From Oligosphaera ethanolica (GTDB lineage: Bacteria; Verrucomicrobiota; Lentisphaeria; Oligosphaerales; Oligosphaeraceae), in assembly GCF_030814695.1 (NCBI RefSeq), contig NZ_JAUSVL010000001.1:1398227-1462226 (forward strand): 64,000 nucleotides of DNA, in the 5' to 3' direction. The notes beneath the pieces were generated by a model. It saw only the letters and a list, made by a program, of their open reading frames with translations, ran no database searches and was not told where the DNA came from. The position numbers and the translations under genes are program-made. Below are positions 9,687 to 18,913 of the stretch, piece after piece. Numbering within the stretch: position 1 is the first letter of the stretch; every line of letters starts with the position of its first letter.

Positions 9687-11009
9687 TCACAGGGCGGCCA
9701 TGGCCGCTGGCGCGCCCAGTGCCTGGCAAGTATTGGCAAAGGCGCGTTCGCTAATCGCCATGGCGGCGCTGAACTGCGTAAATTCTGACGACATTGAGGG
9801 AATGGCAAATGGCAGTGTGCCGAGGTCACCGCCGTAGCCATTGAGAGTGCCTTCCCGGGTAGCATGGGCATCGCTCTCTTGGGTCGGGAAGGCAAAATAG
9901 CCGTGCCCGGCACTGGTCACGTGCAAGTAGGCGATCATCTGGAAGCGATCTTCGCGGGATATTCCATTCTGATCCATACGCTTGTATTTCGCGTCGATCA
10001 CCACGTCGTCCTTGTGGAAATCGGGGTAGATCACGCCGCGATGATCCTGATACAGATAAAGCCGCCCGCGGCCCGTTTTGTTCTCGGGGTGACGGTAGCC
10101 GCAGTCGCGGAGAATGGTCGCCAGGTATTCTTCCCACAGCCAAGCACCGTCAAAGACCATGCCATGCACGGAACGTTCGTCCTGGCCGTAGTTGATCTTT
10201 TCATGCTGGAGTATCTGCAGGCATAAGGTCTGCAACGCCGCGTACTCGGTGAAATAGGGATGCCGAACGGGCCGGAGGTTTGTGGCAATGACCCGGCTGC
10301 GATCTTGCCGGCAATACGCCGGCGTGGCCATGCGCACCGCCGCCACGGCGGCTCGCATGGACTCGGTGCAGCCCAACAGCCTGGAGTACAAGGCACTGTG
10401 AGCGATGTATTCAACCGTGTGCCTGACCAGCTGCATCAGGGCATTGTCCGCCGTTCGCTCACGGGTACTGTAGGCGATGCGACCGGCAAATGGCTGATTA
10501 CGCTGCACCTGCCGGGCAACGTTTATCGTGCCACGCAGAGCGCTGTCGTTGTAGTCGCGGCGCTGATAGGCACGGAAGAGCCCCTGGCCCAGCGCCCGCT
10601 GCAGGCAATGGGGGAACATATACACCAGCAAGTCCCACTGCCAGGCAGGCGCTGCACCAACCGGCAAGTCGAGTATGGTGATGCCCATGACCCGCTGAAG
10701 CATATAGTGCAGGAAGTACTGCGCGCCTGACTGGTCAAAACGCGAATGGATGAACAGCTGCACGCCATCAATTCCGATATAGCCGAGGACATTGCCCGTC
10801 TGCAGCTGCCCGCCGTGGAACTCAAAAATGCTCTGGCGCTCAATGCCATCGCGATGAACGCCGAGACTGTGGGGATAAATCAGCAGCCGGCGCTCTTTCT
10901 GCAGCTCGTCGAACGACAATCCCGCCAGCGGGCTGAGTGCCTGCAGGACATCAGCCGGCAAGGGCTCCGCACTGCGGCTATTGTCACACATGACCAGCGA
11001 TTGGATCAT
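9687..11009 (-). CDS. mcrC: McrC-like restriction system specificity/nuclease subunit.
   Basis: Its start lies 3 nt after the stop of the upstream McrB-like gene (TGAGCAATG). Its length and composition are typical of McrC partners. This call rests on synteny and overall similarity. Confidence 0.6.
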   Translation of the reverse strand: MIQSLVMCDNSRSAEPLPADVLQALSPLAGLSFDELQKERRLLIYPHSLGVHRDGIERQSIFEFHGGQLQTGNVLGYIGIDGVQLFIHSRFDQSGAQYFLHYMLQRVMGITILDLPVGAAPAWQWDLLVYMFPHCLQRALGQGLFRAYQRRDYNDSALRGTINVARQVQRNQPFAGRIAYSTRERTADNALMQLVRHTVEYIAHSALYSRLLGCTESMRAAVAAVRMATPAYCRQDRSRVIATNLRPVRHPYFTEYAALQTLCLQILQHEKINYGQDERSVHGMVFDGAWLWEEYLATILRDCGYRHPENKTGRGRLYLYQDHRGVIYPDFHKDDVVIDAKYKRMDQNGISREDRFQMIAYLHVTSAGHGYFAFPTQESDAHATREGTLNGYGGDLGTLPFAIPSMSSEFTQFSAAMAISERAFANTCQALGAPAAMAAL

Positions 11010-11012
11010 TGC

Positions 11013-13340
11013 TCAGTCCTCGGCAAGTTGGCCGAAATATGCTTTTTCGAATTCCACCAGCCGCTCAGATTGCTCAGGCGTCCCACGCAAATACTCCTTC
11101 AGAAGCGGCGCGAGGTCACACCGCCACAGTTTGCTGAAGTCGCCCTGGTAATGATTGAGCTTGAGAAAATAAGCAGGGCCAATGTGATAGGCGCTGCCTA
11201 AAACCTCGTAGTCCCCGATAGCTTTATTCAACCGCAGCAGATAATCCCTCGCTGCGTCTTTGTATGCCGGCATGCTCTGATCCCACATCGCCAAATTTTC
11301 GTCCGCGCCAATGTCCACCCAAGTGAAACGCCGACGGATGGCAAAGTCCATGCTTTCGACTCCGCGGTCAATGTCATTCATGGTGCCGATGATATACACG
11401 TTCTCCGGCACGTAAAAGCCATCGGCAAAAATATCACCGCTGTTCTTCAGCAAATTCGCGTACTGCGTCTGGACGCGTCCCGATGGGCCACGATAGCCTG
11501 GATCAATCGCAAAGAACAGCTCGCCGAAGACCTTCGAAATATCACCGCGGTTGATCTCGTCAATGATAAAAACGAATTTCTGCTTGGAGTCCCCAGGTGC
11601 CTTGTCTTCTTTCAGGCCCCAGAGGGTATTGAGCACTGCCCAGTAGGCCGAGCTGTTGCAACCGCCGATCACCTGTACAATGCCGTCGTTGATGTTGCTG
11701 ATGGCCTGCAGCGCCGCTCGATCCGGATAGGCCTTCGCCAACTTCTCCAAGCGCCGATAGGACACGGTGTAGGTCGCCTCCGAATTTTCACCAAGAGCTT
11801 GGACGATGATGTTGTTATTCGGCGTTAGCTCCACAACTTGGATGCTACCTCCTCTTTTCTGGGTAAACGAATCCACTTCGCCGCTTTGGATTTTCTGCAG
11901 CAGCTGCGCGAAAAGCTCCGGCAGGGTCACTGCCGGCTTGACGCTGGCGGCCTTCTTGCAAAAGTCCTTGAACAGCCCGTCCTGTCGCACGAAGCCGATG
12001 GCGCCGTTCTCGTCGGGTGCCGTGGGCCGCAGCCCTTCCACGAAATCGGTGTAGTCAAAAGACGGGTGAAACTGACAGAGACAAACATGTGGCGAATCCT
12101 TGTCGTTATCACCCGTGATCGCGTAGGCCAGCTGGCGGGCTAAATAGGTCTTGCCCGTGCCGGGGGCGCCGGTCAAGATGATCTGGTGCGTCGCCAACAG
12201 CAAATCCAGCAAATCCTGGCGAACCGGCACTACCGTAGCAGCCAGGGCCCGCTTTAGCTCCGGCTTGAACTCCCAGGCGAAGTGCTTATCGGCAGCCGAT
12301 TCACCCAAAAAGACCACCTTCCACCAGATCGGCTTGTCTTCACCATCCATTTCTATGGGACACTGGTACGCCTCAAGGATGCGCTTAACCCAGCCCACGA
12401 CCACGCCGACGTAAACCGTGGGATGCTCATGATAGCGAGTGGCGACCTCGTAACAGGTCGCCTTACCGCCAAAGCTCTGCCATTTTTTCAGTAAGTCCTG
12501 TGCCATCGGCGTGGTGATGTCCGGCGAAGCCAGTATTTCCCGCCATTGCGCCTCACTCAGATCGGTGGCTTCCGTCGCGCCATTATCGTGCCAGGATATG
12601 AAGATGAAATCCTGCACGTCGAGCATACACAGAAAATCCCCCTGCTGAATGGCGGCGAAATCCCGTTCGACGTCCATCGCCCGGAGTTTCTCCGCAGATG
12701 TCACTGGCCGCCCCAGTTTCTGCGCCAGCAGCGGCAGAAGCACCTCCTGCGCCAGCTCGAACCAGCGCATCAAGCTCATGCCACCCAGCCCCAGGTCTTT
12801 CGCCGCCAGACGAAACACCTCGGTGGGATACGGCATATAACGCAAGGGATCGCGCAGGAATAGAAACGCGGCGATGTCGCGGTCGGATATCGTCCGCTTG
12901 CACATGCTCTTGTTCGTCCACTGGAACAATGGATGCGCCTTGATGGCGTCGAGATTATCGCTGCTGTCAAAAAGAGCCAGTGCCGCCCGCAGTTCATCGT
13001 CGGTACCTTTGGTTCCCTTGAGAATATCGTCGTACCAACTACCATAGCTGCGCGTGGATAGCAGGTTGTTCTCCTTGTCCATAAGCCAGGCATTCAGTGT
13101 CTCACGGTCATGAACGGCCTGGCCATGCCACTGTTGCAGCAAGCGCCACTTGTACAGCTCGTCCTTGAACAGTTCGGAATCCCGGCGCCGCTCAAGATAG
13201 ACAGCCATTTTCGCCTGCATGCGTTCCCAGGACGCGGCGACCGCCGCGTCGTCCTGCCCCTGCAAATACTGCCCATAGCGCGCACGCATCTCATCCATCG
13301 TCGTCATCTCCATCTCCATCTCATTCGCTAACCACAACAC
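11013..13340 (-). CDS. mcrB: McrB-family AAA+ GTPase with a long (~380 aa) unassigned N-terminal region.
   Basis: It has the Walker A motif LTGAPGTGKTY and the McrB signature FHPSFDYTDFVEG. It is 775 aa long. Confidence 0.75.
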   Translation of the reverse strand: MLWLANEMEMEMTTMDEMRARYGQYLQGQDDAAVAASWERMQAKMAVYLERRRDSELFKDELYKWRLLQQWHGQAVHDRETLNAWLMDKENNLLSTRSYGSWYDDILKGTKGTDDELRAALALFDSSDNLDAIKAHPLFQWTNKSMCKRTISDRDIAAFLFLRDPLRYMPYPTEVFRLAAKDLGLGGMSLMRWFELAQEVLLPLLAQKLGRPVTSAEKLRAMDVERDFAAIQQGDFLCMLDVQDFIFISWHDNGATEATDLSEAQWREILASPDITTPMAQDLLKKWQSFGGKATCYEVATRYHEHPTVYVGVVVGWVKRILEAYQCPIEMDGEDKPIWWKVVFLGESAADKHFAWEFKPELKRALAATVVPVRQDLLDLLLATHQIILTGAPGTGKTYLARQLAYAITGDNDKDSPHVCLCQFHPSFDYTDFVEGLRPTAPDENGAIGFVRQDGLFKDFCKKAASVKPAVTLPELFAQLLQKIQSGEVDSFTQKRGGSIQVVELTPNNNIIVQALGENSEATYTVSYRRLEKLAKAYPDRAALQAISNINDGIVQVIGGCNSSAYWAVLNTLWGLKEDKAPGDSKQKFVFIIDEINRGDISKVFGELFFAIDPGYRGPSGRVQTQYANLLKNSGDIFADGFYVPENVYIIGTMNDIDRGVESMDFAIRRRFTWVDIGADENLAMWDQSMPAYKDAARDYLLRLNKAIGDYEVLGSAYHIGPAYFLKLNHYQGDFSKLWRCDLAPLLKEYLRGTPEQSERLVEFEKAYFGQLAED

Positions 13341-13402
13341 GCCATACAGCCAGGCATGCCTTGCTGCCGTCGAACATAGAGCACACGCCCATTACCGCCA
13401 GC

Positions 13403-14482
13403 TCACAAACCATCAGTAAAGTACAAAGCCGACAAATTACAGGGGTCACAGTATATGAAATATTCATTCCCCTGCTTGCGTATGCGTAGCTTTTCACCAC
13501 AACCTGGGCATTTGTAGTTAATTGAAAAATTCTTACCACAGGCTTGGCAATGCCAATAGTAGTTTTTGTATTTCGCCCCCCACAGAATGCTCACTTTGCC
13601 ACGACATTCTGGGCAGCAGCTCAGCGAATCAATCGCGCCATCGTTTTCCGTCGCCGACGACGATCCTGACGATTGCGGCGGCCGATCAGAAGCAGCCGGG
13701 ACTGACGTGGCTGACATGGTGGTAGGTGTGGGTGCAGATGCTTGTGAACGCGCTGCCGTTGGTTGACGCGCTGCATCTGGCCCGTGAGTTATTGGCGCCT
13801 TCCCTGCGGACTGCTTTTTTGCTGGCTGCTGCTCGTGAATCTGCAGGAGAAAGGCCACCGTCTTTTGCACATCTTCCATCGGCATGGACCACGACGGGTC
13901 GGATTTTCCAAACAACGTATCGGCTTTTTTGTAGTCACCGTACAATTCGACAATTCGGTCGGTCACCAAGTCAGCTTTCATCACAACACCAGCATGAATG
14001 TCGTTGCCAGCAGGAGGGATAACTCGGCCAGCATCAGAAATAGCAACAATGGTATGTATCGGCAACCCCATGAATCCACCCTGCGCCAGTCCGAAGAGAA
14101 CCTTCCGGCGCAGCTGCTCCCGATTGGCCTGCATTATTTCGCGCAAGGCACATTCCTGATTTTTTGCCTGCTGCACAGGGCTGGGCATCCCCGTGTAGTG
14201 ATTATCCCAAAGTCGCAGCCACTGCCCGGTGGCATCATATTTCACCACCGATGTCACACTTTTACTCTCGATGATGAACGCGGCGTATTGCGAGACAACC
14301 AAATGGTCAATCTGCGTATAGGTGCCATCAAGAGCACGAAACCTCAGGCCATTGATGATATAAAAATTCTCGTCGCTATGGAAACGCCGTTTCAGGTAAA
14401 ACGCTATCTGCTCTTCTGCTTTCCGTCCATTTTTCTCCCACGAATTCGTGACTTCAATCTCATCAAGTTCCTTGCTGATCAT
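13403..14482 (-). CDS. NERD (nuclease-related domain) protein with C-terminal C4 zinc-ribbons.
   Basis: The NERD core reads YLKRRF...FYIINGLRF...IDHLVVSQYAAFIIESK, followed by a Cys-rich CxxC tail. It is about 50% GC, clearly below its flanks. Confidence 0.75.
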   Translation of the reverse strand: MISKELDEIEVTNSWEKNGRKAEEQIAFYLKRRFHSDENFYIINGLRFRALDGTYTQIDHLVVSQYAAFIIESKSVTSVVKYDATGQWLRLWDNHYTGMPSPVQQAKNQECALREIMQANREQLRRKVLFGLAQGGFMGLPIHTIVAISDAGRVIPPAGNDIHAGVVMKADLVTDRIVELYGDYKKADTLFGKSDPSWSMPMEDVQKTVAFLLQIHEQQPAKKQSAGKAPITHGPDAARQPTAARSQASAPTPTTMSATSVPAASDRPPQSSGSSSATENDGAIDSLSCCPECRGKVSILWGAKYKNYYWHCQACGKNFSINYKCPGCGEKLRIRKQGNEYFIYCDPCNLSALYFTDGL

Positions 14483-14716
14483 TGCTCCAACCTTGTTTTT
14501 GGGACTCGGCCCTACTCAAAGACGTTGCCACCTTCCCCAAGTGCCCCAGTCTACTGGACACCCATATGGGTAGGAAAGGCCGTCTATCATCTCACCAGTT
14601 CCCCACATTAAGCGACTACACTACGGCTTCAGACCGATCATGCTCGCCCACGCACGACAGTGACTTGCCAATATAAGCACGATAATCGCGGGCCGCTCAA
14701 CCTCACCCAAGAAATA

Positions 14717-15284
14717 GTTAATGTGCGAAATCTTGTGATGAACACTTGTAGTTGCCAACCAATGATTCCAGGTATAAATAAGAACTATTCTCTTCTTATG
14801 GAGAAAACTTTTTACACTAACCTGCTCCCATGAAACCGATGCTCTTCACTTTACGGTATCCATGGCACTTGTTCAGCCAGGCAGCCTTTTCTCGTCGCGC
14901 ATTTCCGCCGCGAAGCGGCAGAAGCGCTGAAAGCGCGACGCATACCAGCCCAGGGCAAGCGGCGCCGAAGGCGCGCGCCGCCCTGGGTGGCGCGCCATAT
15001 TGGTCCGTGTTCCATTGCCTCTTTGGCCCCAGTCGGCGCAGCTGACTGGGGCCAAAGAGGCAATGGAACTCATTGATTGCTGCGGCGGGCACGTTTGCGT
15101 GTGACTGTTTGGAGGTCGGGTAAGGTCATGATCCCAGGCGACGGTGCGGGCGGGACGCCCGCACCACGGCCGGGAGACGGGCGCGCGACGCATACCAGCC
15201 CAGGGATAGAGCCCACGACGCAGACAAAGGGTTCGAAACTACTGTGTCAAGTCTCTCTTTCTATCACAAGATTTCGCACATTAC
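14717..15284. mobile_element. MITE-like non-autonomous element with IS1-like ends.
   Basis: The 23/22-bp terminal inverted repeats are GTTAATGTGCGAAATCTTGTGAT at 14717-14739 and GTAATGTGCGAAATCTTGTGAT on the reverse strand at 15284-15263. They are flanked by a perfect 9-bp direct repeat CAAGAAATA at 14708-14716 and 15285-15293. No ORF lies inside. Confidence 0.6.
14907..15069 (+). repeat. Structured ~163-bp repeat, copy 1.
   Basis: It contains several short hairpins and a 26-bp perfect-stem terminal hairpin GTTCCATTGCCTCTTTGGCCCCAGTC..GACTGGGGCCAAAGAGGCAATGGAAC. It is homologous to 26709-26870 (reverse strand) and 28594-28740. Confidence 0.7.
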
Positions 15285-15620
15285 CAAGAAATAACATTTT
15301 TACCATAATGCCCCACTCGCTGACACTGGCGGTTACCGTGGTTTGTGCCGGCGCGCCCCCCCAAAAAACGCCTGTGTTGCCTGGCAAGACGCAGTGGCCG
15401 GTCCTATCTTAGCGCACGAGGTTATAGTGGGCGTGTCGGCAACGCCATTCCGCACGCTGCGGCGGAGCGCCGCGACGGTACGCCGGCTGGTCGCCGGCTT
15501 ACGCCTGTCCTGCATGTTCCACCACGAACACATCAGCAACACCCGAGCCAATAATACCTTCACCGCGCCCACCCCACCCGGGGCTTATTTACCACGCGGC
15601 AAACCGGAAAGGGCCTTGTC

Positions 15621-16646
15621 ATGACGCGACGTGATTTTCTCAGCACCGGCGCGCTGCTTGGCGCGAGTCTCAGCGTGCTGCCCGGACGGGCGTTGGCCAA
15701 GGACGACGTCGTCAGCACCACTGCCGCCGCCAGCGAAGTGCGCTTCAGCGCGTTTGCGGACATCCATTACTACCCGCGTGTCTTTCCCCACGACAGCCGC
15801 GAATGGCTTGAGCGGATTCTCGACCGCGCCACCCGCGAGAAGGTCGATTTCGTCATTCATGCGGGCGATTTCACCCACAAGCCTAAGGAGTTCAGCGACT
15901 ACGTCAACTGGTACAACGACTATTCGCTACCGACCTACCACTGCATCGGCAATCACGACGATGACGGCAACAGCCACGATGTCACCCTCGAGTGCTATCG
16001 CCTGCAATGCGGGCATTACTTTTTTGACCGCAAGGGCTTCCGCTTCATCGTCGCCGATCCGAACTACTTCTTGCAGGACGGCATCTACACCCACTATTCG
16101 GCGAGCAACTACTACAAGATCGGCACGTCGTACGTCCCGCCGGAACAGCTTGAATGGCTCAAAGACGCCATCGGCAACTCGCCCTATCCCTGCGTAATCT
16201 TCAGCCATCAGAGCTTCGAACGCGAAATCGGCGGCTGCAAAAACTACGCCGAGGTCCGCAAAATCTTCAATGACGCCAATGCGGCCCACCCCGGCCGCGT
16301 CCGCCTGGTCATCAATGGCCATCACCACCGCGATAATCTGCGACTCATCGATGGCGTGCTCTACTTCGACCTCAATTCCGCCAACTACGAGTGGGTCGCC
16401 AAGGCGCACGACAAGTACCCGCCCGACGTCCTCGCCAGGCACAGCCTCGCCAAAAACACCGTCATGTACAACGACCCCATCAACGCCATCATCACCATGA
16501 ACAGCGACGGCCGCATCAAAATCGACGGCATGGAAAGCTCGCTCTTCATGGGCATTACCCGCGAAATGACCGGCAATCCCCGCTACGACGCCCACGGCCG
16601 CGAAACCACCGCCCGCGTCCAATCATTGGACATCACCCTGAATTAA
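15621..16646 (+). CDS. TAT-secreted metallophosphoesterase (calcineurin-like).
   Basis: It has a twin-arginine signal RRDFLSTGALLGAS and the GDFTH, GNHD and GHHH motifs. Confidence 0.75.
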   Translation: MTRRDFLSTGALLGASLSVLPGRALAKDDVVSTTAAASEVRFSAFADIHYYPRVFPHDSREWLERILDRATREKVDFVIHAGDFTHKPKEFSDYVNWYNDYSLPTYHCIGNHDDDGNSHDVTLECYRLQCGHYFFDRKGFRFIVADPNYFLQDGIYTHYSASNYYKIGTSYVPPEQLEWLKDAIGNSPYPCVIFSHQSFEREIGGCKNYAEVRKIFNDANAAHPGRVRLVINGHHHRDNLRLIDGVLYFDLNSANYEWVAKAHDKYPPDVLARHSLAKNTVMYNDPINAIITMNSDGRIKIDGMESSLFMGITREMTGNPRYDAHGRETTARVQSLDITLN

Positions 16647-16654
16647 CCGTGACC

Positions 16655-16822
16655 TGCCGACCCGTCCGATCAGACCGATCAGACCGATCGGCAATCCGAT
16701 CCGCCCGATCCGCCCGATCCGTCAGCGAAAAACAGTTACCGAGACCACAAAGCCGTCGGGTCCGCAGAGACGCCGATTATCGCAGATTATTCCCAAAAAG
16801 AAATCTGCGTTCATCTGCGGAT
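16655..16822 (+). repeat. Composite intergenic element: 9-bp array (GATCAGACC x2, GATCCGCCC-like x3) joined to the conserved ~105-bp tail module.
   Basis: The tail contains the hairpin CGCAGATT-13 nt-AATCTGCG and ends TCTGCGGATA. The whole element is near-identical to 18738-18913 and 23580-23766. Confidence 0.7.
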
Positions 16823-16937
16823 ATATATTCAGCAGACACTCCCGCCGCGACAGCCACGGCCGCGAAACCACCGCCCGCGTTCCAGCAAACACGTATATCC
16901 ACCCAGCATTGCCAACTATGCACAAGGACAAAGCATC

Positions 16938-18710
16938 ATGACCTCTCGTTTTGTCAACGGTGAACTCCTGGTAAATGACCAGCCCTACCGCATTCTTTCC
17001 GGAGAAATGCACTATTTTCGCATCCCACGCGCATACTGGCGGGATCGCCTGTTGAAGCTGCGCGCATGCGGTCTCAACACCGTCGCGACCTACATGCCTT
17101 GGAATCTCCACGAGCGCCAGCGCGGCCAATTCAACTTCAGCGGCATTCTTGACATCCGGCACTTTATTGAGCTGGCCGACGAACTCGGCCTCAATATGAT
17201 CCTCCGTCCCGGCCCTTATATCTGCTCAGAGTGGGATTTCGGCGGTTTTCCGGCATGGCTACTGAAAGATCACGACATGCGACTGCGCTGTTCAAATCAA
17301 CACTACCTCGACGCCGTCAAAAGCTATTTCGAGGCGGTCTTCTGCCAAGTCAGGGACTTCTATGACAAAAATATCATCATCATGCAAATCGAAAACGGCT
17401 ACGCGTCGTACGGCAATGACCAAGTCTATTACGACTTCCTCAAAAAACTCGTTGACGACAGCGGCTTCGCCGGCATCGTCATCGCTGCTGATGGCGACAG
17501 CGACACCCGAATAGCTGCCAAAGTCCCAGATGGCGTCTGGCAGACGCTGATGTGTGGCCGCGAAGACTGCATCCCGCAGCTGGAGTTGATGCGCAAAAAA
17601 CAACCAGACAAGCCACAAATGATTGTCGAATACTGGAACGGCCAGTCCATGAAGACCGGCCAGCCGCTCTTCATGCGCGACCCGGACCTCATCGCTGAGA
17701 ACCTTGACCGCGCACTGGCGTGGGGCGCGCATATCAACCTATATATGTTCCACGGCGGCACGAATTTCGGTTTTATGAACGGCGCCATGCGAGCCCCAAA
17801 CGGCAACTACGTACAGCTGCTCAGCAGCTATGACGCATGCGCACCACTGAGCGAATGTGGCGACCCCACCAGCCTGTATCACAAGCTGCGTGCCGTCATC
17901 AGCAGGTACAACCCGACCTTTGACGAAAGCACCACGCCCGTTCCGGCAAAGCTCCCCAAAAAAGCTTACGGCGAAGTTGCGCTCACCGCTGTAGCCGGCA
18001 TAGCCGATGCCCTCGATGCCCTCGCCGGCAATACCGTCCAGTCGCCTACCACGTTGTCCATGGAGGATATCGGCGGCGACGGCGGCTTCGTCCGCTACAC
18101 CACCGAGCTGCTTCCGCAGTCTTTCCCACTGCCCATCACGCTCTACCAGTACCAAGACCGCGGCTGGGCTTTCTTCAACGGTAAAAAAATCGCCTCGTTT
18201 GGCCGCAGCGGCGCCTCTTTCGTCGTCAACGCTCCAGACGGCGGCCGTCTCGACATCGTCATCGAAAACATGGGGCGAACTAATTTCTTCTGCAATATCG
18301 AAGACAACCGTAAGGGCATTTCCGGCGGCGTGATCCTTAACAACCAGCAATTCCAGCACGGCTGGACCATCTCCACTATGCCTATGGAAGACCTCAGCCG
18401 CGTCGAATACCGGCCACTTGCCCAAGACGAAAGCGTCCAAACACCAGCATTCTTCCGAGGCACGTTCCTCATCGACGGCGCCCCCTGCGATAGCTTTCTG
18501 CAAATCCCCAACGGCATATGCGGATTCTGCCGCATCAACGGCACGACCCTCGGCCGTTATGACCGAAATGGCCCCGCCTACACCCTATTCGTACCGGCAA
18601 ACTGGCTCCACCAGGGTGAGAATGTCCTCGAAGTCTGTGAATGCGGCGTTATGTACAAGCCCACGGCCAAATTCCTCGATCGACCACTCTTCAGCGCTCA
18701 CTTCGACTGA
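16938..18710 (+). CDS. Glycoside hydrolase family 35 beta-galactosidase.
   Basis: It carries GPYICSEWDFGGFP and MQIENGY, which are the GH35 catalytic-region signatures. Confidence 0.85.
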   Translation: MTSRFVNGELLVNDQPYRILSGEMHYFRIPRAYWRDRLLKLRACGLNTVATYMPWNLHERQRGQFNFSGILDIRHFIELADELGLNMILRPGPYICSEWDFGGFPAWLLKDHDMRLRCSNQHYLDAVKSYFEAVFCQVRDFYDKNIIIMQIENGYASYGNDQVYYDFLKKLVDDSGFAGIVIAADGDSDTRIAAKVPDGVWQTLMCGREDCIPQLELMRKKQPDKPQMIVEYWNGQSMKTGQPLFMRDPDLIAENLDRALAWGAHINLYMFHGGTNFGFMNGAMRAPNGNYVQLLSSYDACAPLSECGDPTSLYHKLRAVISRYNPTFDESTTPVPAKLPKKAYGEVALTAVAGIADALDALAGNTVQSPTTLSMEDIGGDGGFVRYTTELLPQSFPLPITLYQYQDRGWAFFNGKKIASFGRSGASFVVNAPDGGRLDIVIENMGRTNFFCNIEDNRKGISGGVILNNQQFQHGWTISTMPMEDLSRVEYRPLAQDESVQTPAFFRGTFLIDGAPCDSFLQIPNGICGFCRINGTTLGRYDRNGPAYTLFVPANWLHQGENVLEVCECGVMYKPTAKFLDRPLFSAHFD

Positions 18711-18737
18711 TCGCCCGCATGGCCAGAAAAAACAAGG

Positions 18738-18913
18738 GGTCAGACCGATCAGACCGATCGGTAATCTGATCCGTCCGATCCGTCCGATCCGTCCGATCCG
18801 TCCGAAAAAAAACAGTTGCCGGGACCACAAAGCCGTCGGATTCGCGGATGACGCCGCTAATCGCAGATTATTCCCGAAAAGAAATCTGCGTTCAACGGCG
18901 ACTTCTGCGGATA
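18738..18913 (+). repeat. Composite intergenic element: 9-bp array (GATCAGACC x2, GATCCGTCC x4) joined to the conserved tail module.
   Basis: Read from the sequence. The IS element begins immediately after the terminal ...TCTGCGGATA. Confidence 0.7.
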
